Source: Tubulanus polymorphus (taxonomy: Eukaryota; Animalia; Nemertea). From it: a DNA stretch of 64,000 nt. Below are positions 1 to 13,198 of the stretch, piece by piece; position 1 is the stretch's first letter; the number at the start of each line of letters is the position of its first letter. The position numbers and the translations under genes are program-made. Under the pieces are notes generated by a model. That model saw only the letters and a program-made list of their open reading frames with translations. It had not been told where the DNA came from and did no database searches. The stretch is from the NCBI RefSeq assembly GCF_964204645.1, contig NC_134026.1, positions 22,850,150-22,914,149 on the forward strand. The letters are read 5' to 3'.

Positions 1-1769
1 CATTGTATTCGTTTTTTTAGGGAATGCATATAAAATGAAGTATCCAGTATTTTCTGTGTAGAGTATCCAGTTTGAGTTACTTTAAGGGGGACAACTAGAG
101 CATTACTAGCCATAGCACTGACCAAATAAAATGTCTTAAAACGGAGTACATTTGACATATGTACATATGTGAAATGTATATATTGAAGATATATTGAAAA
201 TATATTATCGAAGACATCGGCCTGTGTATTGTGATAAAAGCGTATATCATCAATAAAGCTGCCACTTAAGAATAAATCTGTACCTTTAAATACTGATTTA
301 TGATAAGTAATGATTGGTATTATTGAAATATATTATAAACCCATAACAATAACTATAAAATTTTTTTGTTTGTATGTATTATATACATATGTTAAGTGTC
401 TTTTACTTGGCTTATTCATGATTATCTGTTTTTGATATATGCACCTCTAATATTGCTTTTAAAAAAATACCACAAATAGAAAGGTACTGGAATGACAGCT
501 CTAGCATTTGCATTTCTGTATAAAATGTATCAAAAGGGAGGGTATTTCTATTATTTGCGTGTTTAAAAGGATACATGTATTTGAATTTCTGTGAACTATG
601 AATATGTTACAATAGATAGATCAATAAAAAAATCTTAGGGTTTGGAAGGACAATGTCTTTCAGTTTATTATTTTTGATGTATGGTCATGCACTGTTCTCA
701 TCTCTTCAGACATAAAAGCTGGTAACTGAATGCTGGGAGGTCTGTGCCTGGACTGATTTTATGGGCGCTTTGATTTTCCTTGACCCTTTCATGGATCCTT
801 TTAAAACTGGCGCTCAAAGGTTAAAACTTTGCATTGTGATGACAAATAAGCTCACAATTCAAGGCATCCTATGGAGTTCAATGCCAGTCCTAAATGCCTG
901 TCGACCCATCTGACCTTTTTTGGATTTTGGCCGGTTCGGATTTTGGCCTGTTCATCGTAACCCCCTTAGGGATGCCTCGTGACATAATATGACAAGGATG
1001 GTATGTACAGGGCATGTATAAAATGGTTCAAATCAACAAATTATCCTATGGAACACATTTCGATTTGACGTGTCTAAACCGCTCCTTGGATCAGCCACTG
1101 AATTCAAAGACAAATTTGGGTATATCAGTTTATTTTGTATATGAAGTAAAGTATACATTTTGAAATGCATGGTAATATTGGCCACTAAGCAATACAAGTA
1201 CATAAGCCTTGAAGGGAATATATTATTTTGGGCACATATCTTTAAATGTACAATAATGCTTAAATATTACAGGTAACAAAAACTATTAGCACCTGAAGAA
1301 TTCGAACGATTCACAGAAGAGTTCAACTCAAGAAAATGTTGAAATTACATTACCGGTAAATAAAAGATAATTCTCAATTAACTGGCAACATACATGACTG
1401 GCCATTGCATACTTTTAGAAAAATATACCCTACATCTACAACAGGTAGGTTACCTTTGAGCAATTATTTTGAACAAAAATACGTTCTTGCGTACTGCAAG
1501 AGACTGACTCAAGTGGAACAGTGAAAAGTTGACTTCCATCGCAAATGACTCTAGATATGTACCGGTATGTAATCGATTCGTGAACATCATATAACATAGC
1601 AAATATAAGTTTTTTTATAACACCAGCTTCCACTGAAGGTATTGTTAATTATAATTAATATCTACGTGTTCAGGAACTCATTCAGTATAACCAAAACCAA
1701 TATTTCTAATATTCTCCTGCCTGAATGGAATGTCATCGCGTCCAACCTATAATTCTTTATCTAAAAGTC

Positions 1770-1911
1770 TTATTGAGGTAGACTGGGTCGTTCTCCTACA
1801 CCTCCAGCAAGGTCGTATATGCTTCCTGCGACTTCATAGGCTAGTTTGTCTGCATTTGCTTGAGTATCCGCCTCTGCATAAACCCGTACAACATTTTCTG
1901 TTCCTGAAGGT
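1770..1911 (-). CDS. PGM3: PGM3 exon 17 ([14 protein letters not shown]...[13 protein letters not shown])
   Basis: RPSGTE..VRVYAEA phosphate loop; TAA at 1772-1770. Confidence 0.94.
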
Positions 1912-4900
1912 CTAAGAGTTGAAGAAAACAAATACTTATAATTTTACCACTTCATTCGGGTATTTGTGAATTCATCCAGGAAAAAAGTGGATATGAATGA
2001 TCTCACCTTGCAAATGAACGGCCATTTGTAAATTTACTGACTAGAATATCTATTACATTCTGCAGATTAGCAGGTGTGATACACTTCCTTTCTGCATCTG
2101 TTGTGCTTATAACTGTTCGATCTTTTACCTTTTAGAATGAAATATAAAATTAAGTTTTAGATGAGACTGAGAAACCAAATAAAAGATGACCAATTTTCAA
2201 GTCCATGCACATACCTTGACTTTCAGCTGTTTATTTGGAAGATCATTATATAATTTTTCCCAATCTACAATACTCCAACCTCTTGCATGTAAGATGGTTT
2301 CCACAACTAACAAATCAGAAATTGCATCACCAACAGTCTGAAAATATTGACAGTATGTTTATGCACAGAAGTTTCTCGAAGTCTCTTGACCTCGTAATAA
2401 ATGCTTTAGTAACAGTAGACAACAGACCTGATTTATTAAGTCTAACATCATTTTCAGACAAAGGGTAGATTTCTTCTGTGTATCATTCAACCTAAAATCA
2501 AAAATTTGATGCATGATATTTTCTAAATTGGACAACATATGTACGCCTGGACATTTCTTTGGCTTACCCAGGATTCACTGATGCATCTTCAATTGTTTTC
2601 TGTGCTTTTTCACTGAACAATACCTAAAAAGATTGAACGTAAACATAAAATATCACAATCGTACATATCAGAGGATGGAATGAAAAGATTGTGAATGAAA
2701 ACTTACTGTACCATGCCCGTTGGCTTCAAAGTAAACACCAATATCATAATTCAGGGCTAATTTATGCAAGTGTTTCACACCAGTTTTGGCGCAAGATATT
2801 GGTATTTTCTGAAAAAGTTTTAAAAAAACTTTAGTTAATCCAAAGCCATTTAGGCCTACATGAAGGAATGAAATTAAAGAAATTTTAAAACTACCATTTC
2901 TTGGGTGATATACTTTGTTGAGCTACCATTGGCATATGCCGTTTGGACTAGACCAAGTTTAATATCGAGTTCACTGGCTGACAACTGATCGCAAAGATAA
3001 CCGGCAATCTATAACAAATAACATACCAAGTAGATTGAAATAAGATTAACTGATTTTGATTCAAGTGTTTTAAAACGCCAAGTAATTGCTTATTGCCAAG
3101 CAAAATTAGAAAATGTACACTGACTTACTAGTGTAGCAATCCGGTCTCCATCCAACAGATGAAATTCACCATCTACAGTGAAATAAACAGAGCATTAGAT
3201 ACACACCAGTAGATATATACCTGGTACATGTAAATCTATACAGAAATTGAAGACGATAATACCTAAATCTGTATAGAAATAGACAATCCTGTCTGCATCA
3301 CCATCTAATGAAGCACATCTTACACCGGGTACCATTAGATTTTTACCTTGATGAACTATCCAAAATTTATACATAAATAATACATGCACACACACAGAAA
3401 TGCAATTATGAACTTGAGGAAACGTTCCAAGTAGTTTCTTACCTTGTGGTGCTTTTTGTTGAACTTTAACATAATCAGCGCCGCACTACGATATAAAGAT
3501 AACCATATATAAAACTAGATGACCCAATGTACGGTATGACTTAAAAACTGAAAAACACTAAAAATATCTCACCATATAGTTAATTTTACCACCTTTTCCT
3601 TCATTGACTAGTTCCACCGCCAAACTGTCCTGCAATTTTTCGATGAATGTTTCCATAGCCACAGCGCCAACACCATTAGCACAATCCACGACTAACTGAT
3701 TGGTGTAATTGTCCCTACATAGTTCCTAAAACGGATACAGAATAGAAAAATTTATGAATCACTTGCTTTCATTTACCCGGTACATTCACTTAGTCATTAG
3801 TTGGCCTCATTTCTTTTAAACAAAGTTTTCAATGCAGTATTTATTACCCACTTGCGAAGGATCAGAGCTTTTTCCAGAGTAAGTTTCCTCTTTTTTAAGT
3901 GTGTAAGTTAGGAGCTACATACCTACACAAATGATATCAACAAAAATCAAACACCAAACTAAGGGTCCAGGGACGGTGAAATGCTTGACAATCAGACGAT
4001 TTCAATATTCAACACGTCGTAGTGAACCCATATAGTTATCAATACCCTTGAAACTTACCATAATCATCCAACATGTCATAAGCTACACATTTACAATTGA
4101 TTGTGGTTACAAAATATGTATAGATACCAAAATAAGAAGACAGGACGGGCTGATTAGACAAAGATGGCCACCAATTGCAATAGGATTGATTGATCAAAAA
4201 ACCTGTTTGATTTTTCAAAGTTCTTTTTGGGCACAAAAATGGTCACAGAATGGTCATCTTCTGATTGTCCCAATTTTTCCTGTGATACAATATATTTTGT
4301 TTATATATGTAGTATCTAATCTGGAAACATCTGGCCTGATCAGAATCAAGATACGTATAAGAACTGAATCTTGATTGTGACTGGGCCAGATTAGTCTTGA
4401 TGGGATACATATACATGTATAAACTGAATATCAAGAAACTCCATTGAAGCATCATCAAAATGTCATAAAATAACAGGCTTCCATCTATCGACAGTCAGAC
4501 CGACAGATGAAAAGTAAACGCAATAGCGGCTGGGACTAAAGTGGGTAAAAGGCCAATTGAAACACCTGCATGATGGAAGTGATGAATTCATGCAAATTCA
4601 TGACATCAGAAGATCTTTCTTATCGATATCAATTTTCATAGCTATCTTTTTGCTATTGATTCTCTCCTACAGAATCTAATGATGTCATAAATGGGAAGAT
4701 GGAGGAACTTACACAAAATAAAAAAAGATGTTGATAAAGTGGGGCGACTATAGGAGAACCAACAAAAAACTCTCAAACCAAGAACCAAAGACACTATAGA
4801 GATGCACATAAAATAGACTGAAATATACATACTTGACCTCTGAGGTCTTTAAACGCGTTGGTGATTCTGTTGTAATACTGCGATGTATCAGCGAATTGAT

Positions 4901-6043
4901 TGTCATGACTATTGTACCAATGGACAAGAAAATGCAGCTGTGGCGTTGTGAGCACACCTACAATACAGTGGTATTCAAAATTTCTGGCATTAACGTTTAT
5001 TCATAAAACCCAGCATCCTCTGATGTTCTTTCATACGTTTCTCGATATTTACGTACCATAATCTTTGCATTTGCCACCGATGGCTTCCACACCATCAAAT
5101 ACGGACCGCGCAAGACTAGCACTACTTTGTCTAAAAATATACATATACATATATATTTATTTTGTACTCATGAAATTAACTAGCTAGAGTAAATTACAGA
5201 GTATCGTATATTATAGTACATAGTACATATATGGCTAAAGGAACGGTCAAATATATTCTGACCATTAAGGTCATTTCAACCAGAAACTAAAACTAACCTT
5301 GTATCTCTTGCAATTAAAACTACTGGCTGGAAATTATCTGGACATTTATTATTGCCTACGATATTTTTCAGGACTGTGACAAGATCAGCATCCCTGTTAT
5401 TGAAAATACATCCAACAAACATTATCGTTACATTGAAAAAAATATAGCAGCGATAATGATGAGATAGTAAAAAACCATACAAAATTCAGTGCCGAAAAGT
5501 GAACTTCGACCAATTTAAGCGTACCCGGAATTGACCAAATCTGTGGCATGCACTTCCCACGATTCTTCTAACATTTCTCCTAGCGGATCAATTAACTTTA
5601 CACCATTATCCTCTTCAGGATTATGCGAGGCTGTAACCATTACACCAATAGCGGCTGAAATAGATTAACTTCGATAAGTAGTACTTGTATCGCAAATCGC
5701 TGCTATATCAAGACTGGTAACTATCTCGAGAGACTACCATCAGTACTAATTATGACCTACCTTGCTTAACACACGATCTCAAGGTTGCGAGGAGACCCAT
5801 TCGGTACATGATATAGTCTAATGTTTCTGCCCTATAAAGAGGAAACTCACATTTACTACCTACAGTACAGACAGACTTTTAAGGCTAAACACACCACACG
5901 GTCGGACATTCTCGCGGGTGGCGGGCTAAAAAACAGCACTTAACACACCTATCCCGGAATCCAGCAGTTCCATATCGGACAAACGTGTCAGTGTTTCTCG
6001 CATGTTTTTTCAGACACACTTCAACAGCCTTATTAAAATCCAT
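1770..6043 (-). CDS. PGM3: Phosphoacetylglucosamine mutase (PGM3/AGM1), complete spliced CDS, 17 coding exons, 545 aa
   Basis: Manual splicing gives join(6043-5949,5831-5761,5654-5525,5393-5298,5130-5057,4957-4833,3725-3573,3485-3443,3346-3263,3172-3129,3008-2895,2808-2707,2623-2568,2491-2428,2337-2215,2128-2007,1911-1770) = 1638 nt, with all introns GT-AG and an open frame. Family motifs present: YGTAGFR, catalytic TASHNP, TTPQLH, DCANGVG, metal loop [21 protein letters not shown], sugar loop [15 protein letters not shown], phosphate loop RPSGTE. Confidence 0.97.
2007..2128 (-). CDS. PGM3: PGM3 exon 16 ([19 protein letters not shown]...GRSFAR)
   Basis: TTDAER and RSF motifs; gtgaga donor. 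Confidence 0.92.
2215..2337 (-). CDS. PGM3: PGM3 exon 15 ([13 protein letters not shown]...[12 protein letters not shown])
   Basis: GDAISD and YxDLPN motifs; tttcag acceptor, gtatgt donor. Confidence 0.93.
2428..2491 (-). CDS. PGM3: PGM3 exon 14 ([21 protein letters not shown])
   Basis: DLINQ precedes TVGDA as in homologs; ttttag acceptor, gtctgt donor. Confidence 0.88.
2568..2623 (-). CDS. PGM3: PGM3 exon 13 ([18 protein letters not shown])
   Basis: tttttag acceptor, gtaagc donor; frame consistent. Confidence 0.9.
2707..2808 (-). CDS. PGM3: PGM3 exon 12 ([15 protein letters not shown]...[13 protein letters not shown])
   Basis: Sugar-binding loop EANGHGT; tttttcag acceptor, gtaagt donor. 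Confidence 0.95.
2895..3008 (-). CDS. PGM3: PGM3 exon 11 (IAGYL...[21 protein letters not shown])
   Basis: [11 protein letters not shown] motif; canonical splice sites. Confidence 0.93.
3129..3172 (-). CDS. PGM3: PGM3 exon 10 ([15 protein letters not shown])
   Basis: LLDGDRIA motif; gtaagt donor. Confidence 0.92.
3263..3346 (-). CDS. PGM3: PGM3 exon 9 ([27 protein letters not shown])
   Basis: Metal-binding DGDADR; AAG acceptor, gtatta donor. Confidence 0.9.
3443..3485 (-). CDS. PGM3: PGM3 exon 8 ([14 protein letters not shown])
   Basis: CGADYVK motif; gtaaga donor. Confidence 0.92.
3573..3725 (-). CDS. PGM3: PGM3 exon 7 ([21 protein letters not shown]...GKINYM)
   Basis: DCANGVGA motif; ttttag acceptor, gtgaga donor. 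Confidence 0.92.
4833..4957 (-). CDS. PGM3: PGM3 exon 6 ([16 protein letters not shown]...DLRGQ)
   Basis: TTPQLH motif; tgtag acceptor, gtatgt donor. Confidence 0.92.
5057..5130 (-). CDS. PGM3: PGM3 exon 5 ([24 protein letters not shown])
   Basis: tttttag acceptor, gtacgt donor; frame consistent with neighbours. Confidence 0.9.
5298..5393 (-). CDS. PGM3: PGM3 exon 4 ([12 protein letters not shown]...LIARDTR)
   Basis: RDTR motif; cag acceptor, gttagt donor. Confidence 0.9.
5525..5654 (-). CDS. PGM3: PGM3 exon 3 ([28 protein letters not shown]...)
   Basis: Active-site phosphoserine loop TASHNP; tttcag acceptor, gtacgc donor. Confidence 0.95.
5761..5831 (-). CDS. PGM3: PGM3 exon 2 ([23 protein letters not shown])
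   Basis: tttatag acceptor, gtaggt donor; RMGLLAxLRS motif. Confidence 0.92.
5949..6043 (-). CDS. PGM3: PGM3 coding exon 1 ([31 protein letters not shown])
   Basis: ATG at 6043; YGTAGFR motif; donor AG|gtgtgt. Confidence 0.92.
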
Positions 6044-6049
6044 ATCAAC

Positions 6050-6265
6050 GAATATTTAACAGTTAACCAAAACACTATGTAATGTTTTAATATTTGACAA
6101 GTTTCAGGAAGTGGCCAGGAATACTGGCATCAGGAAGTGGCGCCCTCTCGCATTAAAACTCAGCCCTCCACATTAATAGTATGTCCGTTCCACGCGGGAA
6201 CGCACGTGTCGTGTGTGTACAGTCGTCATGCTTGATTAGTCAACTGCGAGTTCATAATTCTGCTG
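6050..6265. promoter_or_regulatory. Putative bidirectional promoter and first non-coding exon of the plus-strand gene
   Basis: Two 12-bp direct repeats TCAGGAAGTGGC (6104-6115, 6130-6141; ETS-type GGAAGT core), E-box CACGTG at 6203-6208, locally CpG-richer; strong plus-strand donor CTG|gtaagt at 6265/6266. Confidence 0.55.
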
Positions 6266-8156
6266 GTAAGTATTATAATGTTCACAAAGCTTTGCTATTT
6301 AAAATAGCTTGAATCACATAAAGTTGCTGGCACGCCCAGTTTATTCTTCGAACGAATTAAGAATAAAACCAGACCACTAACTTTTTTTTTTACTTTTTTG
6401 TCTTTTAATTCCAATTCTTATTCAAGCCCCGCAAGGCCCTAATTTCGATGAATAGTACTATCTCGCCAAGAAATAGCTTCACTTTGGGTAAATCAACGAG
6501 CAAAGTTGATATGTTTGGCCTAAAATTATCGGGGAACTGATGTTCTCCAAGGCGTAAATGAAAATTTTAAGCCAAAATTAGGCTCAAAATGTCCATACTT
6601 GATTGATATCCTTTTTTGATCTCTTCTAAATTGATGGGCTAACGTGAATTTATACCCCCTTTTGTCCTCCCTGCGTATAAATGCAGCTTACCCAGGGGGG
6701 GATGGGGGAAAAAATTTCTATTGCCCTTCAAAGAATATATTGTCAAATTATACCGTCTCAATACACCACCCGCAAACAGTCTGATGATGTCTAGTCTGTG
6801 AATTCCCTGTGGTAGCGTTGTCATAAAACATGACATCTCTCTGCGCTAACTGGTGTTTTCAAGAATTCGTATTAGCTTTATTAACAAAAGCACTTCTAGT
6901 GGCCTAGTGTATTAAAAAAGATTTTCAACCATGGCGGATACCAAAGGGCACATTCATAGTCAGAATATAGGTTAGAAAATCCTGATAGTGTATAAATAAT
7001 TTACAATAGTTCGAAAAATTCTAAAGAATTGCTTAAAATTGACTCAATCATCAAATTTTTCATTTTATAAGTGATGATGATGTTTACTGTCTTAAAACAT
7101 TGTATAATTATTCTCGTCAATAAATGATGTTTCCACATGCCCATCGCATGAAATGATAGCCCATTCAAGAACAATAATGTATAGAATAAACGGATGAAGT
7201 AACCGATATTGTCTAATATTGATCACTCGGAATAACAGTATCATACATTGTTAGTTGCTAATTAGCAACCTGCAAGACCTCCCCAGATATTTGTTTCATC
7301 CAAATGATTCAATTATCGTCATATGAATTTAACCATGAACTCTAATTTAGCGAGCAGTTATTTCTAAGTGGAAATGTTGTGTTATGATGTTGTGCATATT
7401 TTTTTTCAAAATACACGTGTAATTACATTTAATCTTATTAAATTGTCCTCATAAATGACGCTTATTTCTACATCTCTATACATGGTAGTTCAAATTTTCA
7501 TTGATTCATGTCATGAGTATTTGTCAAAATATTTATTTACAAGTTGCTATAGTTCATTAATAGCTCCAAAACAATCCACTGAAAATATTCAAAATGATTT
7601 TATATTATAGGTTTGAATTGTATCTGCTGAATTGATTGCCTCGCCGCGCATTCAGTGGTATTTCACAAACAACCGAAAGTGCTTTTTTATGCCTAATAAC
7701 ATCCATTTGGTCAGGAATACGCCTCATGCTGGTGAATGGTTTATCATCAATTCATTACATATTTTATCTGTATCACTTGCAGTGATGATTGGATGAATAG
7801 CTCATGATGTTACTAAATGCCTACATTGATTTTATGTTACCGACATTTTTTTGAACGTAATAAACTCTACTTAGCAAACGGTTTTTCTACTATGATAATA
7901 ATTACACGCTCAATAGTGGTATAGTAGCATACATACACATTCTATCCAGTACTCTCAACTTGGGCAATAAACTATTGCATTAGCTCGGCTCCTGGCTGCT
8001 GCGTAAGTCTGCCGATCAAGGCATTCGATGTGACAACTGTATCAGTTATTCCATAAAAACGGCATCAACTCGCGAAAGCGATAAATTTCTAGGAACAAGC
8101 GTTCACCGGCGGTGCCAGCTATTCCTTGCATTCGTGTTAGATCTATCTCAGGGGCC

Positions 8157-8409
8157 ATGCGTGAGGATAACAGTGGTAAACACACGACCCCAGTTTGGAC
8201 CGTGTCGACTTCAGATTCCAAATCGGACATGTCGTCGAAAAAGGTCATCACCGTTTCGCCACCGCCAAGTCCAAAGAAATTGAAGAAATTATCATGTTTC
8301 GCGCAGGTCTTCAATCACTTCATGCATCGGATTCGTAAAAGAAAGAAACGTGGCTCGATATTTGGACTACTTCGAGGAAAACCGGCATCTGTCGGTTCAG
8401 CAACTTCAG
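8157..8409 (+). CDS. Candidate first coding exon of the long plus-strand gene (MREDNSGK...KKLKKLSCFAQVFNHFMHRIRKRKKRGSIFGLLRGKPASVGSATS)
   Basis: GCCATG start, GC-richer protein-like 84-codon frame (Ser/Pro-rich then polybasic), phase-1 donor CAG|gtaatt; possible acceptor tttctag at ~8092. Confidence 0.65.
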
Positions 8410-11400
8410 GTAATTCATTCTTTTATTGTTAGATGAGTCAAAAATGAGACTGCTCTATTGTTCCGTTTGATGGACATCTCAAAAGAACTTCTGATAGCTC
8501 AGCGATTGAGATGTGGAGAGCGCATATCTATGGATCATAGCATACGACATATTAATATCTTATTGCCAATTTTCTTCTTTCGTCTTGCATCGATTTCAAG
8601 ATATTAGGTTCCGGCTTTTCCTTTTTATCATATCGCTAATTGATTCTAAATTCTTTCATACATAAAGAAATTGCATTGGAGTACTTCGTCTCATATTTAT
8701 GTGAAGGATATCTCATGTGATGGATGGGTTTTAATTTCCACATATTTAAATGAATGCAATGCGAGATATATGTTTAATCATACATACACAGAAATTACAT
8801 AGAGATTAATGATCCTTGGAGACCTTTCGATGCGAAAACATATCGCTACTCGATGCAGCTTGATGCTGTCGTTTTTTTTTCACAGTGTAGTTTATATTGC
8901 TAAGTGCTTTTTTGCATCTTAGCCAAGCTGAGAAGGTTCAAGCTCTCGAGGATGTTGATGTTGAATATTTATGAACCTTTCATCATGAACATTCATTATA
9001 TCGCAGACGCCTATTGAATCTGGCTGATTGTGGATTTCAGAGTATTTTTTGTTCACCGATTTCTATCGGATTGCTTTTTTTGAGAGTCTGCAGGACGAAT
9101 GAATGTGTTATCACCGTACTGTTCATTGCTGCTTGCATATTAGAAAGTGAGAATTTCCAGGTAGAGTATCAATCAAAGTCTTGCCGCTGTGGCAATGTCG
9201 TTACGACTTCTTGACACTAGACCAAGGTCAACATAGAGTGGTTGAAATGAAAAATTAATGATATTATTTTTGTAGTTGTGAGATGTTAACTTGATCGCTA
9301 CATGTGCGAGGGTAAAATTGTATAACATAGATCCTGATTGAATGATAGGAGGGATCATTTGATTATCTAGATCAGGAAAGGGAAATTAGTTCGCATTTCT
9401 GCGCTGGTGAAACCCCCTGACAAAAATTCATGTTCCCTGATACGTTAAATATCAAATCATTCAACTTAAGACCTGTCTGACTTATGGATTATGAATCTTT
9501 GATTACCAACTTGCGAAGCGACCTAGACAGATTCACATTTTTCACAGAAAGTCCAATTGATCTGGTGTTGGTTAATTCATTGCTCTTTTCAGGGCTCTTT
9601 TCCAATTTTTGCTAGTCCTGTTAATAAATTAATTGACCTACTACGGAGGATTTATGTTTTTCATGGAACCATCCATTCATTGGGAATATCCCTAAATTGA
9701 ATTACTTCATTCATTAGCTCCCCAAGTTGTATTCATGCCGAAGCGATGTGTTGTGAGATGGATTCTAGAAGCTTGATCGCTTCTGACAGCCTATCATATC
9801 AAGCCCATCGTTTTTCGCCTTACCCTTAATCCCTGCAGAACAAATGTAAGGCGTAATTGTTCCATATATTCTGTCTCTTTAATTCATTAGACAATACTGC
9901 CGTTTAGTGGCCCAGATTGCTGATACAAGGACTCATATTTTTTGTGCTTAATTAGCCAAATGGCTCTCATTGGACATCCGAGTAACCAACTCATCTGCTT
10001 GTTTGGCGGTAATGTTTTTATTTTTTCGAGGATAGCAACTTAAATAGAAGTAATTTTCTTCGTAATGCAATTTTTCAATTACGGCGAGCATGGGAGCCTG
10101 AATGAATCGTTAGATTAATGATTTTATCTGTGAAACAACGTATATGTGTATGTTGAACTCAAAATAGTCAGTAGAATGGTGCATAGTACATTGCCTCATG
10201 GCCTAGAGGTTGGCGGGGCTAGGGTTGTCCAGATTTACGGCATGGCTTACGATGGTGGCACAACGATCTGTCATTGATTGAAGGATGACTGGATTAGAAT
10301 ATATTTGGAATGTACACTCCAAGATCTCCCAAATCACTGAACTATATCTCTGCAGAATGCTGGTAATCCTGGTTGTACTCCCAAGTTTATCTCACTTCTG
10401 AGCTAAATGTATAGGGTCATTACACTGCCAGAAATTGTCAATGTCAATGATAAGATGATACACGAACATCAGATATCCTTTATTTTACAGGGCCTGTGAA
10501 TTTTAATGCTCAGAAGTTCCTCCTTCTGTGAAAACAGGCCATTTTTTGCTAGACAAATGCAGGCGACGGTAACAATAGTGACCAAAGGAGCAAAGGAAAC
10601 AAACTATTTTATAATCTCTAATCTCCATGTTTTTCCCATACATATTTATGTATTTATGCATATATTGTTTTTTTTTCTGTGCTCTAAGCTTTAAGTTTCT
10701 TTCGTTTAGCAGATAAAGTACTTCTGATTCTAATTCAGTGATCTGTACAAATATGACGAAAAGATTACTAACTAGCTTAATCCATCAAATCAATCAGGCT
10801 AATTTGTTTCTATTGTTCGTGTTTGGCATCTATCTCCTGAGAACTCTATTGAGTATGCAGTGTAAATGATCAACATGAGTTCAATCCACTCACGATATTT
10901 GGAGGAGATTTGATGGATAGCTGGAATGGATTGGTCCGATTGAATTGCGCCATCATTTGCAAGCCATGAATCAAACTTATCCCGGTATGCAGGGTCCCAA
11001 TACTGAATAAAAACCTTGCTATTCATATCCATCCTTGTGAATCAGGTTTATCTCATAGATTTATTACACGATTTTTTATCATGATGGTATGGAACAGGGT
11101 TTAAGGCATTTCCTTCAACTCAAACTATCTATTTATCTATTCTATGAAGTAGTCTATGAACAATACATACTATAAAACTGATAAATCAGCGCTGATAAAT
11201 GAGACCAATGTGGCTAATATTTGACATGATGGTTACTGCTATATCTTGATGGATGGGAATTCAAGATTGGTTCATATGAAGATTGCAAAAGGAAATAGCC
11301 GAGCAGGCGGTTAATTTGATTGTATCAGATATAATAAGATGTTGCTGTATTCAATGGGAAATAAGAAATTTGTGTAAACCTATGTTCAATGTATTCCGCA

Positions 11401-13198
11401 TTCGCACATTCGAAGAATCCCTAAATGCTTAAATCTTCTCTCTGTATTCACTCTGGAGAGAAAATTGCCTCCCGTTGGCCACCGTTACGGTGAAATTTCA
11501 TAAAGATTCAGCGCAGGTAGTCACATTGACATGACGTTTGACAAATGAGTTGTCATAACCTACTTGTCTCAAAGGATGGATTTATTTCAGAGAGCGGGTC
11601 CTCAACTTAAAAGTGAGAAGCTACTAAATACCTGAACGTATTCCAAATGAAAGAACAACATGCACTTTTCCGTTTGTTAACAGCCATATCAATATCTTCA
11701 GACTTATTTTTGTCTTGGTATCTTCAGAAAACACAAACAGCTTACTTTTTTTTGGATATACAGTATTATGAAATTATTAATTGAGTTCCAGTAAACAATT
11801 TTCAATGCTAAATTACTTAATGCACCTACATGTCAGATTTAATCAAATGTTTGTTTCACCGGTGTGCAGTCATTCATGCAGATTTTATCTCGTCGTATAA
11901 ATGAAGCATACCTGGTATGCCTTTCATGCACTAAAAAATGGATGCATTTTCCTATGCACTCGACGCAAGTACCAGAACCTTGCTAGGCCTATATTGATTG
12001 CGTGGGTTCATTTCTGGAAAAATGCTCATTAGCCAATTTCTGTGTCCTTGCGCTCTGATGCAAAGTGGAATTGTGAAGCTGATCTGAACTTGTTGAACTA
12101 TCATTAATTGGTCTTTCATATGAGACCTGCTTTTTCAATGATACTGATTGCTTTTTCATGCACACAAATTATTTCGCATTCATTCTTGTATATCTGCCTA
12201 CAGTTATTGCAGTCCATTGAAATGACTTAATGACTTAACCATCGAGATCCTTTTTGAATACGTTTTAATGAACAGAGGTCTTCACACCATGTTGAGGGGA
12301 AAATGGCTCTAATCGATCTGTTCCATTTCTCTATAGTACTTCAACTTTCCACGAGTGTTTCACGATGGAATTTATGAATGTCATTGGTAGTATAGGTTGA
12401 GTATAATTTCAAGCTCTTCATATATTTCTATCCGAAGATCTTAAATGTCTTAACCATCATTAGCTAGATGTCAGAATGCTAAATTATGACTGCTGAAATG
12501 TACTGGTAAATCATGTTTTAACTTCTTCAGTATTTTAAACACAAAAAATGTACGATTTTCGTAATGGTTTGCTTTTTTATGCTCTACACAAATTTGATAA
12601 GTTTAGGTTCTTGACACCATATTTCTTTTATATAACCTATATTTATATAACCTTTTATATAACCTTTTATATGGCCTATATCAACATAAAAGCTTGCAAT
12701 GTCCATCAGATATTACATGTTGATCCTGATGTGACAGATCAAATAAGGTTCGGTCCCCACTGCGGAAGTCATCTGGATAAAGAGATATTGATATAACCAT
12801 ATCATAATATATTTTTTCACTTTCTGTCCTGGGTGAGAGAAACCAAGTGAGAAAACAGAAGAAATGCATGTGATTCTGGCTGAAGATTTGACAGTGTTTA
12901 TCTGATCACTTTAATTGTACTCATTTCTTTAGACAAGTCGATAGCGCATATCCATTTACAGTTAGAGACAGATCTACCAACATTTTATTAGCGTGCTGTT
13001 TGTTTATAGCCATTTCTGATGGTTTGATACACCAGTTGTCCGACGGAGGCTGGATCTTCGGGATGACTGACAACAGCTGAAGAAGCAAGGAGAGATCGCA
13101 TAATTGCGAGTAAATTGTTGACAGAGGTAATCCAAGTATAACAGGCACTATCTTCACTGCTGGCACTATAGTGACAGACCCGTAGCGTGAATGATTTT

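Noticed and set aside
4048-4374. 108-aa plus-strand ORF inside PGM3 intron 6
   Set aside because: Non-ATG start and no recognisable domain; the region has HINE-like motifs (AAACTT, AAGATGG, GACAGA repeats), so a degenerate repeat is more likely
4340-4460. Possible intronic C/D snoRNA (TGATGA...CTGA on the minus strand)
   Set aside because: No terminal stem and no recognisable rRNA guide; such motifs are expected by chance
10480-10575. Strong acceptor ttttacag with a downstream donor-like gtaaca
   Set aside because: Stops in all three frames and a weak donor; no support as a coding exon
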